The position numbers and the translations under genes were made by a program. Positions 1 through 9,459 of a stretch of DNA of 64,000 nt are shown piece by piece (position 1 is the first letter of the stretch; the number at the start of each line of letters is the position of its first letter). This DNA comes from an uncultured Synergistota bacterium (GTDB lineage Bacteria > Synergistota > JAGHAJ01): assembly GCA_964559865.1 (NCBI GenBank), contig CAZLJD010000021.1, positions 57,999 to 121,998 of the forward strand. The letters are read 5' to 3'. The notes beneath the pieces were generated by a model. The model worked only from the letters and a program-made list of their open reading frames with translations, ran no database searches and was not told the origin of the DNA.

Positions 1-434
1 TTTCTGGGTATATTCAGTGCCTCAAAGTTGTAAAAATCAAGCTCTATCTCTGGCCCCTCACAAAGCGAAAAACCCATGCTGGTAAATATATCCAGTACCT
101 TCGCTTTAACAATACTTAACGGATGCAATCCACCCCACCGAGGTATCCTGCCAGGAACGGTATAATCAATCCCCTCCCCGCTCGTTCCAACCATCTTATC
201 CTTCAGTTCCCGCTCCTTCTGGTAGATAACTTGAAGTATATGCTCTTTCAAGTCATTAGCCAGCTTTCCAACCTTAGGCCTATCCTCAGGGGGGATACTA
301 CCCAAAGACTTCAGCAAAATAGACAGCTTTCCCTTTTTCCCAAGGTACTTAGCCTTCACCCTTCTTAATTCGTCCAAACTGTCCACATTTCTAATATCAA
401 TGGAAAATTCTCTCTCAATCTCTTGAGTGTCCAA
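1..434 (-). CDS. pheS: Phenylalanyl-tRNA synthetase alpha subunit. N-terminal part only; the gene runs off the window start. Not in the ORF track.
   Basis: Manual reverse-strand translation from a TTG at 434 (GGAGGGG SD upstream) gives ...RVKAKYLGKKGKLSILLKSLGSIPPEDRPKVGKLANDLKE...GRIPRWGGLHPLSIVKAKVLDIFTSMGFSLCEGPEIELDFYNFEALNIPR with no stop down to position 1. This is the typical PheS N-terminal region. Position downstream of rplT fits the conserved operon. Confidence 0.8.
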   Translation of the reverse strand, partial: MDTQEIEREFSIDIRNVDSLDELRRVKAKYLGKKGKLSILLKSLGSIPPEDRPKVGKLANDLKEHILQVIYQKERELKDKMVGTSGEGIDYTVPGRIPRWGGLHPLSIVKAKVLDIFTSMGFSLCEGPEIELDFYNFEALNIPR

Positions 435-446
435 TCCTACCCCTCC

Positions 447-1103
447 TTACCTTTCTATCTCCTTCTTAAATGTCTCTATTTGCTTTTTCTTACCTATAAT
501 TACCATGAAATCACCCTTGTTTATTATATCACTCCCACGAGGCGTAGCGTTAATCTCTCTTCCCTTTTTAACAAGTAGTACATTCACTCCATACCTATTA
601 CGAAAGTCCATATCTGCAAGCGTTTTAGAATCCATCTCCTCTGTTGCCCTGATGCCTATTATCATATACTCCGGAGAAAGATCAAGATAATCCAGTATCC
701 CGGGGAACACCAAACTCTTCGCTATTCTTGTCCCCATGTCCTTCTCGGGAAAGACAACTCTATCAGCACCAACCTTTGAGAGCACCTTTGCCTGAAGGTT
801 ATTAGATGCCTTAGCAACAATCATGGGCAAACCTATCTCTTTCATAAGGAGGGTAACAAATATACTCCCAGCTATATTCTCTCCCATCGCAACTACTGCC
901 CCATCAAAACCACCAAGGTCAAGTTGCTTCACCGCAACCTCATCAGTAGCATCAAGTCTAACTGCTTGTGTAACCTTGTCCATTATTAGTTCGACTTTAT
1001 CCTTATTCCTATCTATTGCAAGCACTTCACACCCAAGCTCAAACAGACTTGCAGAGACAGACGCACCAAACTTCCCCAGTCCTATGACAACAAATTTCTT
1101 CAT
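447..1103 (-). CDS. trkA: K+ uptake system NAD-binding peripheral subunit TrkA/KtrA
   Basis: 218 aa. N-terminal Rossmann motif VIGLGKFG plus TrkA-C-like domain. Translationally coupled to the TrkH-like gene upstream (ATGA overlap at 1100-1103). Confidence 0.8.
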   Translation of the reverse strand: MKKFVVIGLGKFGASVSASLFELGCEVLAIDRNKDKVELIMDKVTQAVRLDATDEVAVKQLDLGGFDGAVVAMGENIAGSIFVTLLMKEIGLPMIVAKASNNLQAKVLSKVGADRVVFPEKDMGTRIAKSLVFPGILDYLDLSPEYMIIGIRATEEMDSKTLADMDFRNRYGVNVLLVKKGREINATPRGSDIINKGDFMVIIGKKKQIETFKKEIER

Positions 1104-2395
1104 CCGACAACCACCCTTCCTTCGGGGTATTGCACCCTATTTATGTGTCTCTCGCTGAACACATTGTACGCTACGGTCAAAGGTCCTACCTTCCCAAGGA
1201 ACATAAGAACAACAAGTACAAGCTTGCCAATAGAGGTGAGGTCTGGCGTAATACCAGTTGATAAACCCACTGTTCCAAGGGCAGAAATTACCTCAAACAC
1301 TACTTTATGCAAAGGATAAGGCTCCACCAACAACAACACAAAAGAGCCAACAATAATCAAGACAAAGAACATAAACAATACAGCTATCGACTTAAATACC
1401 GTATCGTGAGATACGGAATATCCTCTAAAAACCGGCGTGCTTCTCCCCTTTATACTACTCCACATAGAGGTAAACAGAACCCCAATAGTAGTGGTCTTCA
1501 CACCCCCTCCTGTAGAACCGGGAGATGCCCCTATAAACATCAATAGTGCAAGTAGAAACAGAGATGCTGATGGTAAACTACCTATGTCAACCGTGCTGAA
1601 GCCAGCTGTCCTTGCAGTAATACTCTGAAACAAGGAAGAAAGTATAGTACCTTTCAGTCCAATATGCATAGCCCGGTAGTAAGGCAAACTATACAACCAA
1701 AACAGCAGAAAACCCAATACTATGAGGATCGGCGTGACAGTCAAAACTACCTTACTGTGTAAGGAGAGCTTGCTTCTACGCTTCAACACACCAAATAGAT
1801 CCATAACAACAGGATATCCTATACCTCCGAGAACTATCAACAACATAACACTAACATTCAGGAGCACATCTCCACGCCACCTCACAAAGCTACTATCAAA
1901 TACGGAGAAACCCGCATTACAAAAGGCAGATACAGAATGAAACAAAGCATAGTACAAAGCATGAGCAGTATCGTAATACCTAATAAAGGACAGATATAGT
2001 AGAATTATGCCCAGCGATTCCACAATAATCGTAAACAGAACCGTCCTGAGAAACAGGTCCTTCAGACCAGAATACCCATGAACCACACTTCCCACATCGT
2101 TTGAAAGGTTAAGGCTATCAAGGACAAGGGAACGGTTATTTAACGATATCCTTTTCCCCACGATCAAATAAACAAATGTAGAAAATGTGAGAATACCTAA
2201 TGCACCAAGTTGTATAAGTGCTAATATTACCACCTGCCCCCAAATGGTAAAAAAGTGGCCCGTACTTTTAACTACAAGACCAGTAACGCATACCGCAGAT
2301 GTAGCAGTAAAAAGTGCATCTATAAAATGAAGCTCCCCTCTGTGGGAAAAGGGGAGCATCAAAAGCACTGTGCCTGTGAAGATCAATGCAATCAA
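1100..2395 (-). CDS. trkH: K+ transporter membrane subunit TrkH/KtrB family
   Basis: 431 aa polytopic membrane protein with repeated pore-loop-like segments typical of the TrkH/KtrB family. Adjacent to trkA. Confidence 0.8.
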   Translation of the reverse strand: MIALIFTGTVLLMLPFSHRGELHFIDALFTATSAVCVTGLVVKSTGHFFTIWGQVVILALIQLGALGILTFSTFVYLIVGKRISLNNRSLVLDSLNLSNDVGSVVHGYSGLKDLFLRTVLFTIIVESLGIILLYLSFIRYYDTAHALYYALFHSVSAFCNAGFSVFDSSFVRWRGDVLLNVSVMLLIVLGGIGYPVVMDLFGVLKRRSKLSLHSKVVLTVTPILIVLGFLLFWLYSLPYYRAMHIGLKGTILSSLFQSITARTAGFSTVDIGSLPSASLFLLALLMFIGASPGSTGGGVKTTTIGVLFTSMWSSIKGRSTPVFRGYSVSHDTVFKSIAVLFMFFVLIIVGSFVLLLVEPYPLHKVVFEVISALGTVGLSTGITPDLTSIGKLVLVVLMFLGKVGPLTVAYNVFSERHINRVQYPEGRVVVG

Positions 2396-2443
2396 CCATA
2401 GAGAAAGCGGATCAAAGATAGATCCAATCTTTTTTATAAGAGA

Positions 2444-2803
2444 TCAACCTCCTACCTTCTCTTTAGCAATTTCAACGAGCTTGCTAAACGCATCCCTATC
2501 ATTCACCGCAAGGTCTGCTAACATCTTTCTGTTTATAGAGACACCTGCGAGCTTAAGCCCCCTGATAAACCTGCTGTAAGTAATGCCATTTTCCCTCGCA
2601 GCTGCATTGATTCTAACTATCCACAAAGCCCTGAAGTCTCTTTTCTTGTTCTTCCTACCAACATACGCATGAGAAAGTGCCTTTAAATAAGCTTCCTTCG
2701 CCCTTCTATAGACATTTTTTCTTCTACCATAATAGCCCTTGGTTATCTTAAACAGTTTCTTCCTCTTTCTGTCGCTAACACTTCCACCCTTTACCCTCGG
2801 CAA
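2444..2803 (-). CDS. rplT: 50S ribosomal protein L20
   Basis: Product reads (M)PRVKGGSVSDRKRKKLFKITKGYYGRRKNVYRRAKEAYLKALSHAYVGRKNKKRDFRALWIVRINAAAR, the canonical L20. The likely true start is TTG at 2803, which gives MPRVKGG, with SD AAAGAGGGTG upstream. The ORF-track start at 2812 is a GTG two codons earlier. Confidence 0.9.
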   Translation of the reverse strand: MPRVKGGSVSDRKRKKLFKITKGYYGRRKNVYRRAKEAYLKALSHAYVGRKNKKRDFRALWIVRINAAARENGITYSRFIRGLKLAGVSINRKMLADLAVNDRDAFSKLVEIAKEKVGG

Positions 2804-2829
2804 GATAATCACCCTCTTTACCTGAATTT

Positions 2830-3027
2830 CTAACCATACGGCAACAAAACCTTCATCTTATCTCTGTTAGTGCTCGTCACATACCCTGCCTTCCTGAGCT
2901 CTCTCTTCCTCTTTCTATTCTTACTGCTCAAAAGGTGGCTCTTACCACCCTTTGCATACTTAAACTTTCCAGAAGCAGTAACCCTAAACCTCTTCTTCGT
3001 TGAAGAGTGCGTCTTCATCTTAGGCAC
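2830..3027 (-). CDS. rpmI: 50S ribosomal protein L35
   Basis: 65 aa, MPKMKTHSSTKKRFRVTASGKFKYAKGGKSHLL..., the canonical L35. Sits in the infC-rpmI-rplT operon. Confidence 0.9.
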   Translation of the reverse strand: MPKMKTHSSTKKRFRVTASGKFKYAKGGKSHLLSSKNRKRKRELRKAGYVTSTNRDKMKVLLPYG

Positions 3028-3040
3028 CTTAAACCCTCCT

Positions 3041-3541
3041 TTACTTTGGTGATATTATAGCCGTTATAGACCTTCCCTCCTTCTTAGGTTCGCGATCAAA
3101 CTTACCTATGTCACTGACATCATCCATCAACCTATACAGGATAGTATTTCCAACATTCAGGTATGCCATCTCCCTCCCCCGAAAGATAACTACCACCTTA
3201 ACCTTGTATCCATCTTCAAGAAACTCCCTTACTTTCTTTAGTTTAACTTGGTAGTCGTGCTCTTCTATCTTGGGTCTGAACTTGATCTCTTTCAGGGAAG
3301 ACTTTTGCTTCACCTTAGACTTCTTCAGTTTCTTCTGCCGCTCATACCTGAATTTGCCGTAATCAAGAATTTTACACACTGGCGGATTTGCATCAGGGGA
3401 GATTTCAACCAGATCCAACCCCTTATCTTCTGCGATCTTAAGGGCATCCTGCAACGGAATCACACCCAAGTTCTTACCCTCAGAGCTTATAAGCCTTACT
3501 TCCTTAGCCCTGATCTGATGATTGATACGAAACTCGTTAAT
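3041..3541 (-). CDS. infC: Translation initiation factor IF-3, starting at a non-canonical AUU codon
   Basis: The ORF-track fragment (3041-3469) is the IF3 C-terminal region. Extending upstream in frame gives INEFRINHQIRAKEVRLISSEGKNLGVIP... beginning at ATT (complement of 3539-3541). That ATT is directly preceded by a TAG stop and by a strong SD, AGGAGGTGG. The AUU start is the hallmark of autoregulated infC. Confidence 0.85.
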   Translation of the reverse strand: MNEFRINHQIRAKEVRLISSEGKNLGVIPLQDALKIAEDKGLDLVEISPDANPPVCKILDYGKFRYERQKKLKKSKVKQKSSLKEIKFRPKIEEHDYQVKLKKVREFLEDGYKVKVVVIFRGREMAYLNVGNTILYRLMDDVSDIGKFDREPKKEGRSITAIISPK

Positions 3542-3566
3542 AGCCTAACCACCTCCTAATAATGTT

Positions 3567-3594
3567 AAAAGGGCAGACTCCTCCCTGCCCTTTT
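3567..3594 (-). terminator. Leader hairpin plus U-run between thrS and infC. Candidate L20-responsive attenuator or thrS terminator.
   Basis: On the minus strand AAAAGGGCAG-GGAGGAGT-CUGCCCUUUU is a 10-bp stem with an 8-nt loop. It is followed by UUUUAACAUUAUU and then the infC SD. Confidence 0.5.
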
Positions 3595-3725
3595 AGAGAC
3601 TTGACCTTTCATGCTACTGCAGAAAGGTGAGAGGAGTATCCTCTACTTTCACAAACCGCTATTCTTTTGTGGATAGTAGTATATCACACAGAAAAAGCTT
3701 TGTCAAACACGCAATAATCCCACCG

Positions 3726-5597
3726 TTACAAAACTGTACCAAGTTCTCTTTTCAACATGGAAACAAACTCACTCATCGAAAGGGCACCAAGGTCACCCTT
3801 TCTCCTCTCCCTCACAGAGAGTTTCCCTGTCTGTTGCTCCTTATCCCCCACTACAACCATATAAGGGATCTGTTGCACCTGAGCCTGTCTTATCCTATAC
3901 CCAAGCTTTTCATCTCTGGCATCCACTTCCACTCTGAAATCCATACCCCGAAGGGTATCCGCTACTCCCTCTGCATACTCCCTGTGACTTTCACCAACAG
4001 GTACAACAACCACCTGTACAGGAGCAAGCCACAACGGGAACGCACCTGCATAATGTTCTATAAGGATACCCATAAACCTCTCTATACTGCCCATTATAGT
4101 CCTGTGTAACATCACAGGTCTTACCCTGCTACCATCCTTTTCTACATATGTCAAATCAAACTTCTCCGGCATAAGAAAGTCAAGCTGTATAGTACCACAC
4201 TGCCAAGTCCTGCCTATGCAATCCTCAAGATGAAAATCTATCTTTGGACCGTAAAAAGCACCGTCTCCTTCTCTCACCTCAAAGTCCATGCCCAGCTTCT
4301 CCAATGCCCCTCTGAGAGCACCAGTAGCCTTCTCCCATATCTCATCACTTCCCATTGAATTTTCCGGACGGGTGCTTAACTCAACCTTATACTTAAAACC
4401 AAATGTCCGATAAAACTCATCTGCCAACTTTATAACCCCTATAACCTCCTCTTCTATCTGACTCTCCCTAACAAACAAATGTGCATCATCCTGGGTAAAT
4501 GCCCTTACTCTCATCAAACCATGCAATACGCCAGACCTCTCGTGTCTATGAACAAGCCCCAGTTCCGCCATCCTCAAGGGTAAGTCCTTGTAACTCTTTA
4601 TCCCAGTCTTGAATATAAGTATCCCCCCAGGGCAGTTCATCGGCTTTATAGCAAAGTCCTCATCGTCTATCTTGGTAAAATACATGTTCTCCCTATAGTG
4701 ATCCCAGTGTCCAGACTGCTCCCACAATCTCTTATTCAGTATCAGCGGCGTTCTAACCTCCAGGTACCCATGCGCCTTATGAACCTTTCTCCAGTAATCT
4801 ATAAGGGCATTCCAAACAACCATGCCCTTGGGATGGAAAAAGGGGAAACCAGGACCTTCGGGATGAAAGCTAAACAAATCGAGTTCTCTGCCTATTTTCC
4901 TATGGTCTCTCTTTTTTGCCTCCTCCATCCTTCTCATGTAATCATCTAACAACTCCTTCTTCGGAAAGGAGATGCCGTATATCCTCTGCAACATCTTGTT
5001 CCTCTCGTCTCCCCGCCAATATGCACCTGCCACACTAAGCAACTTGAAAGCCCTTATTCTACCTGTTGAAGGTAAATGCGGTCCCCTACACAGGTCAACA
5101 AACTCCCCCTGTCTATACACAGAGACTACATCTTCTTCTATTTCATCCAGCAACTCCAATTTGTACTTCTCTCCTCTCTCTTCAAACAACCTTCTTGCCT
5201 CTTCCACCGAAAGTTCCTCTCTCTGTATAGGGAGGTCCTCTTTAACTATTTTTTTCATCTCCTCTTCTATCTCTACAAGGCTCTCTGGCGTTATAGGAGT
5301 ATCAACATCTATGTCATAGTAAAATCCATTCTCTATGGACGGACCTATCGCCAACATAGCGCTTGGATAAAGTCTTTTAACAGCCTGAGCCATGAGGTGA
5401 GCCGTACTATGCCAGAAAACAGATCTCCCCTCTTTGGTATCAAAGCCGAGAGTCCGTATATCCATGCCGTCTCGCAATGGTGTACTAAGATCCACAAGCT
5501 CCCCATTAATCTGCACTACAATCGTATCTTCGTCAACCACATCCTCAATTTTACCTCCCTCAAGCTCCTTCCTAACTCCATCAACAACTATCTCCAT
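3726..5597 (-). CDS. thrS: Threonyl-tRNA synthetase
   Basis: 623 aa. TGS-like N-terminal domain, class II core and anticodon-binding C-terminus. Conserved position upstream of infC. Confidence 0.9.
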   Translation of the reverse strand: MEIVVDGVRKELEGGKIEDVVDEDTIVVQINGELVDLSTPLRDGMDIRTLGFDTKEGRSVFWHSTAHLMAQAVKRLYPSAMLAIGPSIENGFYYDIDVDTPITPESLVEIEEEMKKIVKEDLPIQREELSVEEARRLFEERGEKYKLELLDEIEEDVVSVYRQGEFVDLCRGPHLPSTGRIRAFKLLSVAGAYWRGDERNKMLQRIYGISFPKKELLDDYMRRMEEAKKRDHRKIGRELDLFSFHPEGPGFPFFHPKGMVVWNALIDYWRKVHKAHGYLEVRTPLILNKRLWEQSGHWDHYRENMYFTKIDDEDFAIKPMNCPGGILIFKTGIKSYKDLPLRMAELGLVHRHERSGVLHGLMRVRAFTQDDAHLFVRESQIEEEVIGVIKLADEFYRTFGFKYKVELSTRPENSMGSDEIWEKATGALRGALEKLGMDFEVREGDGAFYGPKIDFHLEDCIGRTWQCGTIQLDFLMPEKFDLTYVEKDGSRVRPVMLHRTIMGSIERFMGILIEHYAGAFPLWLAPVQVVVVPVGESHREYAEGVADTLRGMDFRVEVDARDEKLGYRIRQAQVQQIPYMVVVGDKEQQTGKLSVRERRKGDLGALSMSEFVSMLKRELGTVL

Positions 5598-5609
5598 AAC
5601 TACTACCCC

Positions 5610-6479
5610 CTATCCCAATATTCTATCTACAAACCTCGACGGAGAGAACTCCTCTAAATCCTCCAACTTCTCACCGGTACCTATAAACTTCACAGGCACA
5701 CCTAATTCCTTCTCTATTCTTAAAATAACTCCCCCCTTGGACGTTCCGTCCATCTTAGTTAACACAATCCCCGTAAGCCCTATTTTATCCCTAAAAAGCC
5801 TTGCCTGATTATAGCTATTCTGTCCTATAGTAGAATCCACAACAAGAAGATTTTCCTGAGGTACATCGGGGAGCTGATTGGTCAAAATCTTGTTAATCTT
5901 GCCCACCTCTTCCATGAGGTTATGTTTGGTGTGCATCCTGCCAGCTGTATCTATAAGCATAACATCATAATTCCTTGCCTTAAACGAAGCAACTCCATCG
6001 TACACAACAGCACCAGCATCCGATCCCGGCATCTGCCTTATCACGGGCACAGAAAGACGATTACTCCACTCAACAAGCTGCTCTATAGCAGCCGCTCTAA
6101 AAGTATCTGCCGCAACTAACAAAACAGACCTCCCCACACCCTTAAAGTAGTTAGCCATCTTTGCCACGGTAGTAGTTTTACCTGTTCCATTTACTCCAAG
6201 GAATAACACCTTCAACCTACCGGCAGCGGTGTTCAGCTTCCTACTATCATCTGGCATAAACTCTGATAACATCACTTCCTTGAGTGCACTCTTCACATCA
6301 GCCTGCACCTTTAAGGCGTCCCTAAGGGCATCCATTATCTCACTTACCAGCTCCACACCAAAGTCCGCCTGAATTAACAAAGCTTCTATCTCATCCCACT
6401 CCTCATCAGACAACCTTCCACCAGAAGCAATGTTTACTATCTGATTAAACCACTTACCTATCTTCCCCCACCATATCAT
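5610..6479 (-). CDS. ftsY: Signal recognition particle receptor FtsY (short form with NG domain)
   Basis: 289 aa. P-loop LFLGVNGTGKTTTVAKMA, DTAGR and TKMDG motifs of the SRP GTPase family. Confidence 0.85.
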   Translation of the reverse strand: MIWWGKIGKWFNQIVNIASGGRLSDEEWDEIEALLIQADFGVELVSEIMDALRDALKVQADVKSALKEVMLSEFMPDDSRKLNTAAGRLKVLFLGVNGTGKTTTVAKMANYFKGVGRSVLLVAADTFRAAAIEQLVEWSNRLSVPVIRQMPGSDAGAVVYDGVASFKARNYDVMLIDTAGRMHTKHNLMEEVGKINKILTNQLPDVPQENLLVVDSTIGQNSYNQARLFRDKIGLTGIVLTKMDGTSKGGVILRIEKELGVPVKFIGTGEKLEDLEEFSPSRFVDRILG

Positions 6480-7267
6480 AAAGACACAACCTCCTCACAA
6501 GAAAAGACCAACTTTCTATCATCTATCGCAACAGCTACTTGCTCCTTCAATGGCTCAACAGAGACAACTACACCTTCACCTTCGGGCGTACGCACCCTTT
6601 GATTCACCTTTGGCAACTTACTCCACGCCTCCTTATAAGTGTCATACTCATAGGCGAGGCAGCACATCAACTTGCCGCACAATCCAGAGATCTTATTTGG
6701 ATTCAATGATAGATTTTGTTCTTTTGCCATCCTAACGGATATTTTTTTGAAAACGTACAAAAAAGAAGAACAACACAAAGGCCTACCACAAGGACCTATG
6801 CCCCCCAATATCTTAGTTTCGTCTCTGTCACCTATCTGCCTCATCTCTATCCTAAGCTTAAATATAGAGGCAAGGTCCTTTACCAGCTCCCTAAAGTCAA
6901 CTCTGCCCTCTGCAAGAAAGTAAAACAAAAGCCTCTTTCTATCCAGCGTGTACTCTGCATCAACCAGCTTCATCTGTAATCCATGTTCCTTTACTTTCTT
7001 CTTTGCTATCTTGAATGCTTCTCTCTCTCTGGGTACCTTAGAACGAAAGCTCTCTATATCAGAACGGTCTGCCTTTCTCTTTACACATCCCTCAATAGAG
7101 ATATCTTCACCTTCGGCACACTCTATAACCTTCAGAACCATAGCGATGTCAAGCCCACGCCAAGTCTCGGCAATCACCACATCACCCTTTTCTATCTTCA
7201 ATCCCTCTGCAACGGAGAAGTACCTAACCTCTTTGGGCTTCCCAAATACTGCCTGCACCACACTCAT
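6476..7267 (-). CDS. yaaT: PSP1 C-terminal domain protein (YaaT/RicT-like)
   Basis: 263 aa with the Cys-rich PSP1 signature CGRPLCCSSFL...GLCGKLMCCLAYE. Lies in the tmk-yaaR-holB-yaaT gene order. Confidence 0.75.
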   Translation of the reverse strand: MSVVQAVFGKPKEVRYFSVAEGLKIEKGDVVIAETWRGLDIAMVLKVIECAEGEDISIEGCVKRKADRSDIESFRSKVPREREAFKIAKKKVKEHGLQMKLVDAEYTLDRKRLLFYFLAEGRVDFRELVKDLASIFKLRIEMRQIGDRDETKILGGIGPCGRPLCCSSFLYVFKKISVRMAKEQNLSLNPNKISGLCGKLMCCLAYEYDTYKEAWSKLPKVNQRVRTPEGEGVVVSVEPLKEQVAVAIDDRKLVFSCEEVVSL

Positions 7268-8043
7268 CGTTTACCAACACCCCCAATAGAACCAAGGATC
7301 ACACTGTCCACAATCAGTGAGGAACTAAGGTTGTAGGTATCAAAGTCCCTAAGCATATCCAAAAGGCGTGCCGCATCTTCTGACCTACCTTCTCCCAAAA
7401 GTTTCCTTGCAATATAGTTTAGCAGTTCACTAACCCTTTTCCTATCCCACTTTGTCGAGATATCTACCACCTCGTCAACGGATAAACGACCGTGTATCAA
7501 TCTATCTCCGTATTCTGCAATGGTACCACCAAACTCTCTCACAGAAGGAAAGTAGAATACCTGACACCGAGAAACAAATGTCTTGGGCAAAAGGTGCCTA
7601 TAAGGTACAACCATCACAAATACCACATCTCTTGAAGGCTCTTCAACGGTCTTAAGCAAAGCATTGATAGCCTCCAACGAATACTTCTTCAATCTATCTA
7701 TAAAAACCACCCTGTGTCTCCCACCAACGGGTGGTAACAAGACGAAATCTTCGATCTCTCTTACATCTGCCATTGAAAGCGCACGCTCCGAAAGGTCAAC
7801 TCTGTGGACCGACGGATGCACTCCAGATTCCACCAATCTACAACTCTTACACTCACCACAGGCATCTCCTAACTTCTTCTCACACAAAAGGGCTTGCACA
7901 AACCTAACTGCAACATCAGAAACTGCATCACCAAACCCCTCAAAGAGATAAGCCCCTGTTACCTTATTATTCAAAATAGACCTCCTCAAAGCAGCTACAT
8001 TAAAGGGATACAATCCCTCAAGCTCCTTCAACCTACCCATCAC
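7264..8043 (-). CDS. holB: DNA polymerase III delta-prime subunit
   Basis: 259 aa AAA+-like clamp-loader subunit. Zn-finger-like CGECKSC present. Conserved neighbourhood. Confidence 0.75.
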   Translation of the reverse strand: MMGRLKELEGLYPFNVAALRRSILNNKVTGAYLFEGFGDAVSDVAVRFVQALLCEKKLGDACGECKSCRLVESGVHPSVHRVDLSERALSMADVREIEDFVLLPPVGGRHRVVFIDRLKKYSLEAINALLKTVEEPSRDVVFVMVVPYRHLLPKTFVSRCQVFYFPSVREFGGTIAEYGDRLIHGRLSVDEVVDISTKWDRKRVSELLNYIARKLLGEGRSEDAARLLDMLRDFDTYNLSSSLIVDSVILGSIGGVGKR

Positions 8044-8046
8044 AGA

Positions 8047-8556
8047 TCACCTAAGGAGGTCAACCAGCATACCTCTTATCTCAGTAACTTTTGACATAAT
8101 AGCTATCTTATCCCTCTCTCTACGAATTACCATGGACAAAAGGCCATCGAGTTCACTATTTATCTTTTCAACCAAGAGATACACCTTACTTCTCGTGTAT
8201 CTGAGTTCGTTTATCTCCCTCACCCGATACACCTTCCTTATAATCTTATCTATAAACGCAGCAACAGCACTTCTATACTCCGACGCCACATCCACATCTG
8301 GCTCCTCAGTAAGCTTTTTCCCAAGCCTATCTATTTCGTCCAACAGCTCCTGCAGATCCTTTTTGGCTTCTCTTTCATCATAAGAAGCAGATAGTTCCTC
8401 AATGAATGTAACACTCTTCCTCTCTTCGTAAGGAACTGATCTTTGCGAAGTCTTCTTCCGTCTCGCAGTTTTACCCTTCCTATCGAGAACATCTCCCTGT
8501 CCCACTCTATCAACCTTCAAGATAACCCACCTTCTCGAGATAGGATAAAACAACAC
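8047..8556 (-). CDS. DUF327/YaaR-like protein. The true start is probably internal, near 8514.
   Basis: The C-terminal 140 aa resemble Bacillus YaaR. The ORF-track start overlaps tmk by 47 nt, so a downstream alternative start is likely. Confidence 0.55.
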   Translation of the reverse strand: MLFYPISRRWVILKVDRVGQGDVLDRKGKTARRKKTSQRSVPYEERKSVTFIEELSASYDEREAKKDLQELLDEIDRLGKKLTEEPDVDVASEYRSAVAAFIDKIIRKVYRVREINELRYTRSKVYLLVEKINSELDGLLSMVIRRERDKIAIMSKVTEIRGMLVDLLR

Positions 8557-9151
8557 TTAACACATCTGCATGAACAACGCTCTTTTCCCTTGTAGCATCT
8601 ATCAAAACCACATTTCTATCCTTCTTCTCTGAAAGAGCATAATATCCGTCCATCAACCTCTGAAAGAACACCATGTCGTTTCGCTCCATTCTGTCTCTAC
8701 TGCGGGACTTTATCCTCTCAAACGCCACATCCACCGGAAGAGTCAACACGATCGTTAGATCTGGAATATATCTACCCACAGCCCATCTGTTCAGGAGGTC
8801 TATAAAATCCTTGTCTATTCCTCTACCGTCACCCTGATACACTAAGGTAGAATCTATGTATCTTTCGCACACTACTACATATCCCTTCTCCACATAAGGT
8901 GAAATAAGATCCTCAACATGTTGCACCCTATCTGCCATGTATAAAAGAAGCTCCGCCTTGCTATTAATAGACACATTGCCTTCTAACAAAATTCTTCTTA
9001 ACTCTTTGCCAAGGGGGGTATCCCCAGGCTCAAAAGTGCATACAACTGGTAAACCTCTTCCCTTCAATGCCTCTGTTAACAACCTCACATGCGTGGTTTT
9101 CCCGCCACCATCTATACCTTCTAATGTTATAAGTTTACCCCTTTTTCTCAT
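8510..9151 (-). CDS. tmk: Thymidylate kinase
   Basis: 213 aa. P-loop ITLEGIDGGGKTT and DRY-like lid motifs. Confidence 0.9.
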   Translation of the reverse strand: MRKRGKLITLEGIDGGGKTTHVRLLTEALKGRGLPVVCTFEPGDTPLGKELRRILLEGNVSINSKAELLLYMADRVQHVEDLISPYVEKGYVVVCERYIDSTLVYQGDGRGIDKDFIDLLNRWAVGRYIPDLTIVLTLPVDVAFERIKSRSRDRMERNDMVFFQRLMDGYYALSEKKDRNVVLIDATREKSVVHADVLSVVLSYLEKVGYLEG

Positions 9152-9397
9152 GATACTATTTTACCACACATACCAAAAAACACGAGCCAAAATCAGTACC
9201 CACAAACACACACTCTAAGAGATGTACAAACTGCACACAACTAAAGAACAAAACCACAGGAACAAGTGGAGAAGAAGCGAAGCTGGTCCAACACAGAACA
9301 AGCACCACTATGCAGGTGTTACAGGCACACTGGGAATACTATCTACAACCGCCAAGAAATGCTGCAAACCACACCTGTACCAAAAAGCATATTCTTA

Positions 9398-9426
9398 TTG
9401 ACAAGAAAGAACAGGTCTAATATCAT
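9398..9426 (+). promoter_or_regulatory. Sigma-70-like promoter for the sensor kinase gene
   Basis: TTGACA (9398-9403), then a 17-nt spacer, then TATCAT (9421-9426). The ATG at 9460 is preceded by an AAGGAAGG SD. Confidence 0.4.
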
Positions 9427-9459
9427 ATTATCAGCAACTCGTATAAAGGAAGGTAGTTT

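Noticed and set aside
123-690. Plus-strand ORFs 123-368 and 427-690
   Set aside because: They lie opposite pheS and trkA respectively, which have clear homology. There is no SD or conservation signal.
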